Below the pieces are notes generated by a model that was not told the origin of the DNA, ran no database searches, and saw nothing but the letters and a program-made list of their open reading frames with translations. Shown here in pieces: positions 1 through 12,572 of a stretch of DNA of 64,000 nucleotides. The stretch comes from Squalus acanthias (Eukaryota), in assembly GCA_030390025.1 (NCBI GenBank), contig JASTWF010000207.1, positions 186,001-250,000 of the forward strand, written 5' to 3'. Position 1 is the stretch's first letter. Every line of letters starts with the position of its first letter. The position numbers were made by a program, and so were the translations under genes.

Positions 1-310
1 CCTCAGGCCATCCTGGTGGGGGATGGAGGTGTAGAGGGATTGGACGTCCATAGTGAAAAGGAGACATTTGGGGCCAGGAAACTGTTAAAGTGACGGAGGG
101 CGTCGGAAGAGTCGTGGATGTAGGTGGGAAGAGACTGGACAAGGGGAGAAAAATTAGAGTTGAAATAGGAAGAGATAAGTGGGGCAAGAACAGGCTGAAA
201 CGATGGGTCTACCGGGGCAGTCCTGTTTGTGGATCTTGGGAAGGAGGTAGAAGCGGACTGTGCGGGGTTGGGGAATTATGAGGTTGGCGGCCGTGGAGGG
301 AAGATCATCA
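1..310 (-). mobile_element. Penelope-like retroelement reverse transcriptase fragment (runs off the window edge)
   Basis: Minus strand translates as PQPRTVRFYLLPKIHKQDCPGRPIVSACSCP...LPTYIHDSSDALRHFNSF...LLFTMDVQSLYTSIPHQDGLR; LPKIHK/RPIVS/DVxSLYTSIP are Penelope-type RT motifs. Confidence 0.85.
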
Positions 311-329
311 AACACTGTCGCTGAGGTTC

Positions 330-1000
330 AGGTAGGAGGATTGCTCCTTGAACACCCTGGGCTAATATGGCCTCCTGCTGAGAGCCATTCTCCCCTCCTC
401 CACTTCCCTCTTCTAGCAGCTTGTCCTGCATGGCCTCTGCTCAGTCTCGCAGTTAGGCTCTATTCCAAGAGCAAGGCCTACTAGTGCACCCATGTCTGGA
501 AGCAACTGGTTTGTGCAGAAGCCTTGAAGTCAGGAAAAAGTACGTCAGCACCTGACACACCACTCCCTGTAGATTTCTGAAACTAGAAACAACTATGGAA
601 AGCAGCAAACACATGTAGCAACAGCCAGAAGAAATCAACCGGCAACTATCCTGTAAGTAGTTGATGATCCCTTTAAATAGCACTGGTGGGGGGTCCTTCC
701 TGCTGCTTAAAGCGTGTTCAGCTGTGCTAGCTTAAGAGAGGGCGACAGCTGAAGCGTGGAGCTCCAAAATGGAGGTGCTGGCATCAAATCAGCTTTGCAC
801 GCTGATTGGCATCATGATCTTCCTGCTCTGCATACTTCTGGTGGACATTAACTGCGCGCGCACTAACGCCTTTACTAAGATGGCATCTGACCAACTTCGC
901 GTCAGAGGTGTGCGCGCCGCCGCAGGCATCATTTTGGATCCCTAACGGTACTCGAACCCCCCCCCAAAAAACGGGCGCTACTGAGCCCATTTTCTCACCC
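330..1000 (-). mobile_element. Decayed Harbinger-type DNA transposon end
   Basis: GC/CpG-rich subterminal segment ending CCCATTTTCTCACCC (~1000), resembling the GGGnnnAAATT termini and GGGCGCTA motif of other MITEs in this window; the left boundary is uncertain. Confidence 0.4.
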
Positions 1001-1232
1001 ATAGTCTAGAGCAGTATTAGGTTGGCCCTTATGTCCAAACATACAATGGTTGGACAACATTTCAATTAAAAATTTTAGAAATGATCTAACCTGTCCAAAT
1101 TGAACAGTCTGTCCATGTAATAAAATATTACGGTTGATGTCCTTTAATGAGCATAAGACATCACCCCTTTTTAATGGATTTTTGTAAAGAGCTAAATCAA
1201 TTAGTATTGCCTAATAGAATGAAAGTCTTTAC

Positions 1233-1314
1233 CTGCACCATGGATCTGAAACACACTCTGCTACGATATCCTCGCCATGTTTTCTGAATGACGATTGCTA
1301 TTTTCTGCAGGTGT
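1233..1314 (-). CDS. SPATA17: SPATA17 coding exon 3 (IQ motif 2)
   Basis: 82 bp, acceptor ttcttcaaaag| and donor |gtaaag; (R)HLQKIAIVIQKTWRGYRSRVCFRSMVQ contains IQxxWRGYxxR and resembles recalled human RHLNRIVTIIQKWWRSFLGRKQYQLTVQ; in frame with exon 2 (CG+A). Confidence 0.93.
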
Positions 1315-1909
1315 CTTTTGAAGAAAACAGATTTTATATAATTAATTTTGATCTAAAATTTAGATTCTGAAACTTGTATATTAAAAAGTAATTTTCTTAT
1401 TCACCCCACACTTTGCATGACGCAAGGTCATTTTACTAGTTCCGCACTGACACGTCAGAACAGAATTACCTTGCAAGAATTCAACCAAGTGCTATACTCA
1501 ACCTGCATCCCTTGCTTGCATGGCACTATGTATCAATGGTGCAGTGTGCTATGCCACCATGTTACCTCTAGTATAACAAGTTTCCTCGGTTAAGTAGCAA
1601 AATTTCATAGTTAACCACAGAATGATTACTGATGTGACGGTCATGAAATAATGTCATTATATAGATATTTTTTAATGCTTTTTCAAGTTTGTTACCAGTA
1701 AATTGTTCATTTTTAGTTGTGTAAAAGTATGATTTTTTAGTAATTTTTATAATTTTCTTCCCAAGTTGCCCTACCTGTGGTCTTTTCATACCACAAACCC
1801 TTCATGGCTGAAAGCATAGGCTGGAGAACTGCTACTAAACCTTCATCAATGCTGCTAGACAGCCAGGTGCTGGGAGGTGTGCAAGAGCAACCCAGGTGAC
1901 TGGCTCATT

Positions 1910-2606
1910 GGCCCGTATTTTCCGATCGGAGGCTTCCTGCGTGCAGAGGTCTCCGATCTGGAAAAAAACGACGAACTTACCTGAGGGCTCCCGAGGTCCG
2001 GACACTTCTGCTCCTGGGCCTCACCAAACTCGAAATGCGCAGGGCCCACGTATCCCAGAGGCGCATGCAGTTCGCAAGCGTCCCAGGGATCACATAGGAG
2101 AAGGGAATCTCCCTTCATACACTTGACAGATAGACCTGTCAAATATATGAATGGAGATCACCCCAAAAACACAGTAAAACATTAAATAAATTTAAAAAAA
2201 ACCATCACATTTTTAAAATGAGTTGAAATTACAATAAATTAAATATTTTAAACAAAAATTTCATTTTTTGAAAAAATAATTAAAGCTTTTTACGGGGCTA
2301 AAAATAAACTTACCTTTTTTAAAAGTATTTTAAAATTACAAATGAGTGAATTTTTTTTTTTACCAGGCGTAAGATTGCTAAGGGTTTTTTGCGGGCGGAG
2401 GTTCTCCAGAAAGCGGAACTATCCGCCCGCAGAGGTCCTTCTCTAGGGCAGGCATCTGATCTGTCAAGAGGTTTCTTGACAGATCGGAAATACCGGTTTT
2501 CAGTGCATGCGCTTCGCGTGCCTGAAACCGACATTTCCGATGTCCCTACGGAATATACGGCCCATGGACTTTCCTTCCCCCCCACCTGTGGGGAAAGTAA
2601 AGGGCC
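1910..2606. mobile_element. Non-autonomous DNA transposon (MITE), Harbinger-like
   Basis: Imperfect terminal inverted repeats GGCCCGTATTTTCC / GGGAAAGTAAAGGGCC; CpG-rich arms around an AT-rich core. Confidence 0.55.
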
Positions 2607-2904
2607 TCTGTTCATGGCTTTCCCAGGAATACAAGGCTGAGATTCGGAACCCACCATGTAAGGAATTACAGATGCAAATCCCATCACTCTATGGTTGATT
2701 TATAATACATCATAGATCTTTAAAAATAGAAAAACAATAGAAACCAACAGCATGAGGACAAGTCATGTAATATTACATTGTATAACAGTGATTGCTCAGC
2801 CTCCTGTCAATGATCTGAGCAACAGTTGAAAATTTTGCCCCAAAAATTTGATACACCGCAGCTATTTCCATTGAAGGCTAAGCGGACATTTGATTGTTTT
2901 TTTT

Positions 2905-3235
2905 AATAATTATGAAGGGTTTTGATGGAGTGAATAGGGAAGGACTATTTCCTTTGCTTGGGGAGTGAGTGATGAGGGGTTATCAATTTAAAATTGTGAT
3001 CAAGAGAGTGAGGAGAGTCAGCGTTCGCTGTCATTACAACTGCGAGGAGAGCGCTTAGGGGAAATTGTTTACACAGCAGGTTGTTGGAGCATGGAATGCT
3101 TTGCTGCAGAGAGTAGTTGAGGCAGAGATCATTGCATCTTTTAAAAGAAAACTGAATAAATATTTGAAGCAGCTGAGGATGCAGGGATATTTCGAGAAAG
3201 CAGAGAAGTGGGATTAGTTTTGGATAACTCTAGTA
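2905..3235 (+). mobile_element. Old CR1 LINE 3' fragment
   Basis: ATGAAGGGTTTTGATGGAGTGAATAGGGAAGGACTATTTCC...TGGAATGCTTTGC resembles the ORF2 C-terminal region of the CR1 copies in this window. Confidence 0.7.
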
Positions 3236-3986
3236 AATCCAAAAACTGTAAACTTCTGTAATTCTACCCTACAAATGGGCTTGATAATCTTTCAGTTCGG
3301 AGGCAGGCTCTTACACCTGGATATTATCTTTACAGATTCTGACTAACCTGCTGTACGTTTCCAGTACTTTCTGTTTTTATTTTAGTAGACCCTGGACATG
3401 AATTTTAAGTACTATAAATTCTAAACATCAAGACTTCAAAAGGGAAGTAGCTCCTTAGCACTAAGCTTGAGTGCACTCAACTACAATGGTTTTCCAAAGA
3501 GTGATAGTCAGTGTTAAACTATCTGTACTTATCTTTTTTTAAACCAATTAAATTCACATTAGATTTTAGGACAAATGTCCAAACTGCCCAATTTAATCAA
3601 TACTCTGTTCAAGAAAAAGACATTCCATTCTTTCTTCCACATTAATTATACACCAGTTACACTCCACAGTTTAAGTATCATGTAATTCAGCTGCAAAGTC
3701 ACTAAAATTGAATTTGGGCAAAAGGGTGTGAGACCACCTAAAATATAAGTGCAAATAATGCAAAACTAAATTTATCAATTTTCCAGGTAGTCCAAATTTA
3801 ATTAAAAATCTTTTTAATGTTAGTAGAAATCTGGCTGTCTCATTCATTAAAGACCTGATTATTATGCTAATAACAGGAGATCCCCATTATGTGATCTCCA
3901 ACCCAGGCAGCTAAAAGCTATATACATCAGAGGCTGCAGAGAAGCACTGTTGCCTTCATTTAGGTTCTTGTTGTTCAAACTATATT

Positions 3987-4709
3987 GGCCCGGAATCACT
4001 ACAACTATGAATCTGACAGCAACTTCTGGAGTACACACATGCGCAGTTAAACGGGGAAATCCAGAAGTTGCGGTCAACCATTCCCTGCTCCTCCACAGGG
4101 CGCGCTGTTCAATTCTCCACAGCCGGCAATCAATTGAAATCACTGAACTGACGAGAATGTAAGCTTTTATGCTGAAATATCGCTCTTAAAATCCCCTGAA
4201 AAAGTTAAGCCTTGTTGAATTAGGTGTAACTGGGTTTTTAATGACGTACTGCTGAATCATAAATACTGCTGAACAACTATTCTGGCTCTGAAAAACTAAT
4301 TTTAGATTTGTGGAATGCCAAATTTTTCCATTACGATAAAAATTCCATGTTTTTTAAAATATTTTTTTTTAAAGTTTATGATTTTTCAGCTTCTACCTTA
4401 ATCCCATGTGAATGTCCCAATCTTTCTTTTGCTCTCTGTAAAATGATTTAAAAAAGTGAAGGATAAAACTAGCTTTTTACTTCCTGGTTTGCTGTCTGGA
4501 GAATTCTTGAAATGTGATTGGCTGCTTAGCCAGCTTGATGACATCACTGTTACTGGATGCTGGAGATCACCTAGACTTGGCGTCAGATTCAAATTAACGT
4601 TGGGAGAGGTGAAATCAATGCCACAGAGATCGCTAGAACTTTGTGGGCAGCTTTCTTCATGGTCAGCAGCGAGCGCCATCAATTTGCCGCTGACCGCAAA
4701 ATCCGGTTT
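3987..4709. mobile_element. MITE-like interspersed repeat (partial inverted copy at 20852-21080)
   Basis: Starts GGCCCGGAAT and ends GCAAAATCCGG; 4480-4709 is the approximate reverse complement of 20852-21080. Confidence 0.7.
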
Positions 4710-4879
4710 CTTTTTGCTGTATCTTTTAGCAGTGCACTGTTTCAGTGTTATTTTGGTCTTGTTGGTATCTGTCTGAAGACACTTTCCTGCACAGATGAAG
4801 ATTCCGGAAGGATGCCACAACAAAACTATGCACATTCCTGCAGCCAGATTTGCAAACCAATTCCAAGATAGGCTGAGAA

Positions 4880-5410
4880 GGTTACAGCTGCACTGCATTT
4901 TGTGTGCCGGGTTCCTTCAGGTAAATGTGAGGCATCTATGCCACATCTTGCAACCTACAGTATATGCTTGCGTGAACCAGGTCACTAATGGATTTTTTGT
5001 CAGGGCCACTAATTTAAGCAATTTTGATTTGGAAAGTAGCCATCAGCTACCAACAGAAAAAGCTCTGATTTCTACCATGTGGCATAGTGCAAGGCATCAT
5101 TGACTGCACGCACACTCCTTCAAAGCAACTCTGTGACCATCACAATAGAATTATGTACATCAATACCCTTTACCTTGGCAACTCAAGTGATGCCTTTATC
5201 CTACAATACTCAATAGTGCAATGGCTGCTCGGGGAGCAAGGAAATGCATCACGCTTCCACCAGGGTCATTGTAGAACACACTTTCAACACCCTCAAGCAG
5301 TGATTCTAATGCTTGGATAGATCAGGGGGAAGAGTGTTACAGTAAAGCCCTGTAAAGATCTCCAAGACTACTGTTGTCTGTTGTGTCCTGCACAACTTTG
5401 CCCGTAAAGA
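4880..5410 (+). pseudogene. Decayed PIF/Harbinger (HARBI1-like) DDE transposase
   Basis: Frameshifted blocks AGFLQVNVRHLCHILQPTVYACVNQVTNGFFVRA, QGIIDCTH, CDHHNRIMYINTLYLGNSSDAFIL, WLLGEQG and IVEHTFNTLKQ*F*CLDRSGG..SPVKISKTTVVCCVLHNFA follow Harbinger transposase motifs (GAIDCTH, GSxHD, LGDxGY, LHN). Confidence 0.85.
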
Positions 5411-5416
5411 CGCTTA

Positions 5417-5812
5417 CACAGAATTAAATAGAATAGACAGCATAGAAACAGGCCATTTGCTCCAACCAATCCATGCCAGTGTTTATGCTCCACTCGAGCC
5501 TCCTCCCATTCTTCCTCATCTAACTCTACCAGCATAACTCTCAATTCCGTTCTCCCTCATCGAGCTTCCCCTTAAATGCATCTATGCTATTTGCCTCAAC
5601 TTTTCCCTGTGGTAGCGGGTTCCACATTCTCACTACTCTCTGAGTAAAAATGTTTCTTCTGAACTCCCTATTTGATTTCTTGGTGACTATCTTATATTGA
5701 TGGCCTATAGTTTTGCTCTTCCCCACAAGTGGAAACACTGTCTCTGTGTCTACTCTATCAAAACCTTTCAGAATTTGAAAGACCTCTATTAAGTCACCCC
5801 TCAGCCTTCTCT
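5417..5812 (-). mobile_element. CR1 LINE 3' fragment
   Basis: ORF 5541-5738 RRNIFTQRVVRMWNPLP is a CR1 ORF2 C-terminus; the tail matches 45620-45745 in reverse. Confidence 0.85.
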
Positions 5813-7066
5813 ACATCATTTTTATAAAACGGCAACCAGAACTGCATACAGTTTGCAGGCTTAATTATAGAGCAGGCAGAAAAAGAAAGCTAGCATAAGC
5901 GGAAGGCAGTGGAGAATTACTAGATAATGGGCCAATTGGCCTGTTTCTGTGCTGTAACCCATTATTCCAAGATGCATTTACATGCACTAGTCTCCTTGCA
6001 TGCAGATGAGACAGAGGAATTGGATACACAACAAACAATTCAATCTGTGAGTGTTACCAGGCACAGCCTAATTGACCAACCCTTTGCATCTCCATGTCTG
6101 CCCAATACTCCTGCAAAATTAACCGTTCCCTCCAGCAGGCCCATAATGCAGACAAACTGAAGAATGAGTCAACATTTTTCCACAACACAACACATGTACC
6201 AGATACTGAAAGAACTGGCATGACACAAAAGAGATTCAAGCAATCCACATTTTAATAAAGCTTAACAGTATATGGCACAGGTTTGTTGACTGTGTTTTGT
6301 CCCTGTGCTTCTCCTGACTTAAAGTGCATTGTATGTGTCTTCTAGTTCCTGAATATATGCTCCTTCTAAGTATTCTCCCAGTGGAAAGAGGACATTAGGT
6401 GGATGGCTGCTGGGTATCAATGTGAGCCTCTAAGGGTAGAGGTGGCCCAGTAGCTCCTTGCAGGAGCCACGGTGAGTGCTACCAAGGGCCTGTATGTTTG
6501 GGGCCAAATCGGTAATATTTGAGTGGGACGACAAGGGAGTACAGATGTACCATCACCCAGATGATGGAGATCCACCATCCATGCCAGCTCCTATCATCCT
6601 CCTGCTGCTGGCCACTCAGTGTGGTTGGAGCTCTACATAAGTACAAACCACTGCACAGCAATGAGGTTGTTAAAATTGTGCATGATAGGGAATCAGCTTC
6701 AGAAAGCTAACATGGTGAATCCAGACAAAAAAGGCTACAGTAACTTGAAGTCCAAGGTTTGTATAATTCCAGTCATAACATTTATCAATGCTGTGCCTGT
6801 GCTTATCACGTCAGCCAGAGGGCTCCGCTGCAGAGGACTCTAATGTGACCACTTTCTCCATGGTGCTTTGCAGCTCAATCAGATGATCATACAGCACTGA
6901 AGAGAGATGAGTTATGGACTCCCTCATTGAAGCTCCCAAACTGTACAGGCTGCTTGACACACTATCAAATTACTCCACAAAGTGCTGATGTTGAGCTACC
7001 AAAGTACATCTGTATGTAGGCCTCCTGGAATCCAAATCCCTGGGCTCAGCAGCTGAAGGTGTCCTT

Positions 7067-9320
7067 ATCATAGAATGTTTACAGCACACAACAAGGCCAT
7101 TCGGCCTATCGAGCCCGTGCCAACTCTCAGCTAGTCTCACTCCCCTGCCCTTTCCCCATAGCCCAGCAAATTTTTCCTTCAGATACTTATCCAACTCCCT
7201 TTTGATAGATAAAATTGAGTCTGCCTCCACTACCCTTTCAGGCAGTGCATTCCAGGTCTTAACCACTCGCTGTGTAAAAAAGTTTTTTCTTATGTCGCCT
7301 TTGGTTCTTTTGCCAATCAACTTAAATCTGTGCCCTCTGGTTCTCAACCATTCTGTCAATGGGAACAGTTTCTCTCTATCTACTCTGTCCAGACTCCTCA
7401 TGATTTTGAACACCTCTATCAAATCTCCTCTCAATTTTCTCTGCTCCAAGGAAAACAACCCCAGCTTCTCCAGTCTATCAACATAACTGAAGTCCCTCAT
7501 TCCTGGAATCATTCTCATAAATCTTTGCTGCACCCTCTCAAAGGCCCTCACATTTTTCCTAAATTGTGGTGCCCAGAATTGGACACAGTACTCCAGTTGG
7601 GACCGAACCACTGTTTTATACAGGTTCATCATAATTCCCACACTTTTATACTCTATTACTATATTTATGAAGCCCAGGATCCCGTAAGCCTTTTTAACTG
7701 CTTTCTCAACCTGCCCTGCCACCTTCAACAATTTTAGCACACATATTTAGGATCCCTTTAGGATTGTACCATTTAGTTTATATGTCCTCTCCTCATTCGT
7801 TCTACCAAAATGCATCACTTTGCACTTTTCTGCATAAAATTTCAGCTGCCACGTGTCTACCCATTTCACCAGCCTGTCTCTGTCTTCCTGAAGTCTATCA
7901 CTTTCCTCCTCACTGTTCACTATACTCCCAAGTTTTGTGTCATCTGCAAATTTTGAAATTGTGCCCTGTACACCCATGTCCAAGTCATTAATATATATCA
8001 AGAAAAGCAGTGGTCCTAGAACCGACCCCTGGGGAACACCACTGTATACCTTCCTCCAGTCCGAAAAACAACCGTTCACCACTACTCTCTGTTTCCTGTC
8101 ACTTAGCCAATTTCTTATCCAGGCTGCCACTGTCCCTTTTATTCCATGGGCTTCAATTTTGCTGGCAAGCCTATTATGTGGCACTTTGTCGAACGCCTTT
8201 TGGAAATCCATGTACACTACGTCAACCGTATTACCCTCATCAACCCTCTCTGCTACCTCATCAAAAAACTCAATCAAGTTGGTTAAACATGATTTACCTT
8301 TAACAAATCCGTGCTGGCTTTCCTTAATTAATCCACCCCTATCCAAGTGACTGTTGATTTTGTCCCTGATTACAGTTTCTAAAAGCTTCCCCACTACAGA
8401 GCTTAAACTGATTGGCCTGTAGTTGCTGGGTTTATTTTTACATCCTTTTTTGAACAATGGTGTAACATTTGCAATTCTCCAGTTCTCTGGCACCACCCCC
8501 GTATCTATGGAGGATTGGCATATTATGGCCAGTACCTCCACAATTTCCGCCCTTAATTCCCTCAGCATCCTAGGATGCATCCCATCCACTCCTGGTGATT
8601 TATCTACTTTAAGTACAGCCAGCCTTTCTAATACCTCTTCTTTATCAATTTTTATCCTATCAAGTGTCTCTACTACCTCCTCCTTCACTATGTCTATGGC
8701 AGCATCCTCTTCCTAGGTGAAGACAGATGCAAAGTATTCATTTAGTACCTCAGTACGCTCTGCCTCCATGCATAGGTCTCTTTTTTGGTCCCAAATCGGC
8801 CCCACCCCTCCTCTTACTATCCTTTTACTATTTGTATGCCTATAGAAGACTGTTGGATTACCTTTTATGTTGGCTGCCATTTTATTTGCATATCTTCTCT
8901 TTACCTCTCTTATTTTCTTTTTCACTTCTCCTCTGACCTTTCTATATATAGCCTGATTCTCAGATGTATTTGCAACCGGACATCTGTCATACGCGCTCTT
9001 TTTCTGCTTCATCATATTCTCTATCAGTTTCGTCATCCAGGAAGCTCGGACTTTAGTTGCCCTACCTTTCTCCCTCGTGGGAATGTATCTCGACTGTACC
9101 CAAACTATTTCCTCTTTAAAGGCAGCCCATTGTTCCACTACAGTTTTGCCCGTCAATCTTTGATTCCAGTTTACCCGGGCCAGATCCATTCTCATCCCAC
9201 TGAAATTGGCCTTCCCCCAGTTAAACATTTTTACTCTAGATTGCTCCCTGTCCTTTTCCATAGCTAATCTAAACCTTGATATTTTGATCACTGTTCCCTA
9301 AATGTTCACCTACTGACACT
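7067..9320 (-). mobile_element. CR1 LINE, 5'-truncated ORF2 (RT) with frameshifts
   Basis: ORFs 8713-9291, 7747-8688 ([25 protein letters not shown]) and 6970-7740; the 3' tail begins at 7067. Confidence 0.95.
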
Positions 9321-10799
9321 GAGCTGGCTGCCTTTCCAGTTTCCAGCTGGTTGCATCTCCTACACTTGTCCCTCCTCATTAATGTTCTATGATTCACAAA
9401 ATGCTTCCATCTGCAACTCGCTAACACCACACCTGCACCATCCCCCCGCCCCAACCCCGCCACGCACGCACAGTATGTATGTTTGTGATGGTGTCTGGCA
9501 CTGTAGAAGCAGGTGGTACCAGGTGCTGCAAGATGCTTGGTTGAGGCTGTATATTGAACTTGGCCATCTCCTTCTTTGGGCCTCATAGTGGAGCAGAAGA
9601 AGATATTTGAAAATGCTCTTCTTTCTTTCCAAGGTGAGCAGGCCAGAACAGGTGGTAGTACGGACCCTGGCAGTTCACAGCAGGACCTGCAATTTCCTTA
9701 CATGCACCAAATATCAGCACTTCAGAAAATGTAAGTAGAGAGTTTGAGGAAGGTACACTGGGTGATTCACAACTCACAAGTGAGGAGCAGCAAGTGGAGG
9801 AAGAGGAAGGCTGAAAGCCCATGACATATATCTTTATTTGGGCAAGTACTGGTATCCTGCCTTCAGAAGGGAGTTAATGCAGGACCACAAGGTATTTTTA
9901 GTCCGCCATGCAAAGTCTGCAGCAGCTGGTGGGGAATGTCCAGCAATGCACATCTGACATCACCGCAGTCATGCATGAGGAAAATGTAGAATATCATGAT
10001 ATTTTCATGGCCATGTGCAAGGGAGCCACAAAGCACAGAGGGCACTAGCACAGAACAACTTTCTTCCACAAGCATTGTGACTGATACCACTCACTTACAA
10101 GAGTCTTTTGCTGCTGGATTTGACAGGCTCACTGATCAGCTGGAAGGGGCAATGACAGCAGACCTAACCTACAGATTGCTCCCATGCAGATCAGTGGACA
10201 TCCAGTCGGGGTGACCAGTACTGAAGATATGGCAGGTGAAGGGTCCATTGAGACAACCTCCTCTCAGGATGTCTGCACACCCTTCCACTCCACCCAGAAC
10301 TCTAGAAGGATTGATGAAGTGCCAGTGAGCACACAGCTGCTAGCAATCACTGGTTGTAGAGACGGTTCTGCACCCTGAGATTCAAGGCCACGATAATTTC
10401 AACAGAACTACGCCATCCAAAACCAACCTGCCACCACAGTTGATCCCACACTCTGGGAATACTTTGATACAGTGTTAGTTTACATAGTAAGAAAATAAAC
10501 CTCAGAGGGTCACCAAGGGGATATACATGTATTGGGCTTAGAGCACATAATTACTGTAATAAGCACAGTAAATATTGATCTTTTTATTTCTCTTTAGTGT
10601 GGACATTTTGTGCTAGGTAGGGCACTGGAAAGGTAATAATTGTTGGGAGGGGGCTGAAAGATCCCAGTTCAGTTTCATTAGAGGTACAGTGCAGCATATT
10701 TTTGATGAAACAATACGTGGCTTTTCATAGTAAAATAAAATTGGTCAGTGGCAGGATGTGTCCAGTATGGAAGTAGTTATATGATCACAGAGATCAGCA

Positions 10800-11010
10800 C
10801 CAATATACCAGCCCATATATTAGCTCTCTCGATGGCACCCTCCTCCTCTTCCTCCTCTGCCCGTGGGCTAGCATACCCACAGGCTTCCTCATTATCTGCT
10901 GCATGCTTACCCCTCACTGAATAGCAAAGCTGTGTAGCTTGCAGCAGACTGATGATTTTGGAGACTTTGGCTGGACTTTAGTGCAGCCCTGCCCGAGCAG
11001 TCCAAACAAC
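10800..11010 (-). pseudogene. Second decayed Harbinger transposase C-terminus
   Basis: Minus strand with frameshifts: CLDCSG..LH*SPAKVSKII/VCCKLHSFAI followed by an acidic GAG-rich run; homologous to 5310-5405. Confidence 0.7.
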
Positions 11011-12572
11011 AGTATCCCAAAGGGTCTCGTTGTTTGTTTGTGCTCTTCTGTTAAGACAGGTCCTTACGCATTGATGCGGACAAGGTGAAACTAAACTTCA
11101 TGATTTTGTCCTCTCATGAATTCATCCTCAGTCAATTCATGCAGAACTATGTGAACAGCCAAAAGGATTCCCATCCTCCCAACTCTGTTGGCTGCAGCTT
11201 GTAATCTAACAGAAGTTGTCAATATTGCAGGGAAATCCTGTTGAACAAGCTTAGGTTTAGCAAAAAGACATAAATACACAAGTAAATAAAGTGTGCAGGA
11301 TGTTCAATGTAGGAGTAGGTAGATGCTCTGTGTCAAAAAAATACATCAACATTAACTGAAATAAATCTCAACCTTGCTTTAAGAATTGGGGCAAAATAGG
11401 CTAAGCTGTGGAGCAGCCAGGTGCTCATTTTTTCAGGGCAAGGTGTGTGCTGGGGTGGAGCCTCCCCAAAAGTAGTGAAATTTAACAAGCGATTTCAGTT
11501 GAATAATTTTACTATTTAAATATGGGTTGTGCCTGTAGCACTGCCTCCTTTCTATCTCAAAAATAGTGACTCACAAAATTCAAAGCACAATAAATTGGGC
11601 ATCTAAGCTGGCATACTCAATTTGATAACCGGCAAATGCAACCAGTGAGCCACCAGCAAAGCCTCAAAATCAGAGCTATGGTATTTAGCATACCACAATG
11701 GGGCCAATTATATCATTAACTCACACCTTTGTTGCCTTTAATCTCAAATGCCTTTTTAAAAAAAAAATTACAATCTACAGATTGAAAGGAGATGCATTTT
11801 TTCAATTGTTTTTAAATTTCATGGTTTTTTTCCCCCATTAATGTTTACCATGTCATTATTTTCCATAGACAGTGGAAATGATAAGAACTCTTCAGTACAA
11901 ATTTTAGGTTGTTGCATGACAAACATTTAATTGATACTTTGTACACCCGCACTGCATCACAAAATCATTATACTGTTCAATTTAGTTTGTAATTAATATA
12001 ATGCTCACTTATACTTCCAATACATCTGGAACTAGCAGATCGCCATAGCACTGTTCATGGAAAGTCAGAGCAGTCTTTTTCTTACCGGTGTCGGTCAACT
12101 TTGTGTTGCTGCTTCTGTCCCCCTCTTCTCAATGTCGCTCTCTTTTTTCTTCTTTTGTATTTTCTCTAAATAGCTTTCTGATTCTTGCTCTTCTTGCCTT
12201 GTAAATAGAGGTGGTAAGTCATGTGGTATGACTGATCCGCTGCAGGGCGGATTTGGGGATGAGAGGAGGGATTGAAAAAGAGCTGGAGAACTGAGGAATC
12301 GCACTTCAATGCTTTCTCCTGTTTCTCTGCTACTGCCTCACTCCCATCATCTCTCCTGTCCATTCTGTTGTCATGACCTGACCACCCTCCCCCTCTCTGT
12401 TTCACCCTACCATTTTCATACCTCTGCAGCTGGCCACCTATCGTGCTCTCCCTGCATGACTCCTATATCACCCCTCTACCTACTTCAACCCCACCCTGCA
12501 AAACAGATCACAGCACTATAAATAGAAGATCTTTTTTTCTGGGAGTGCGAAGACTGAAAGCAGGGCAGGTGA

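Noticed and set aside
4880-5410. Functional HARBI1 gene
   Set aside because: Multiple stops, frameshifts and deletions.
6970-9291. RT ORFs as an active or domesticated reverse transcriptase, retron or DGR
   Set aside because: Typical truncated CR1 ORF2 with frameshifts; all LINE copies in the window are disrupted.
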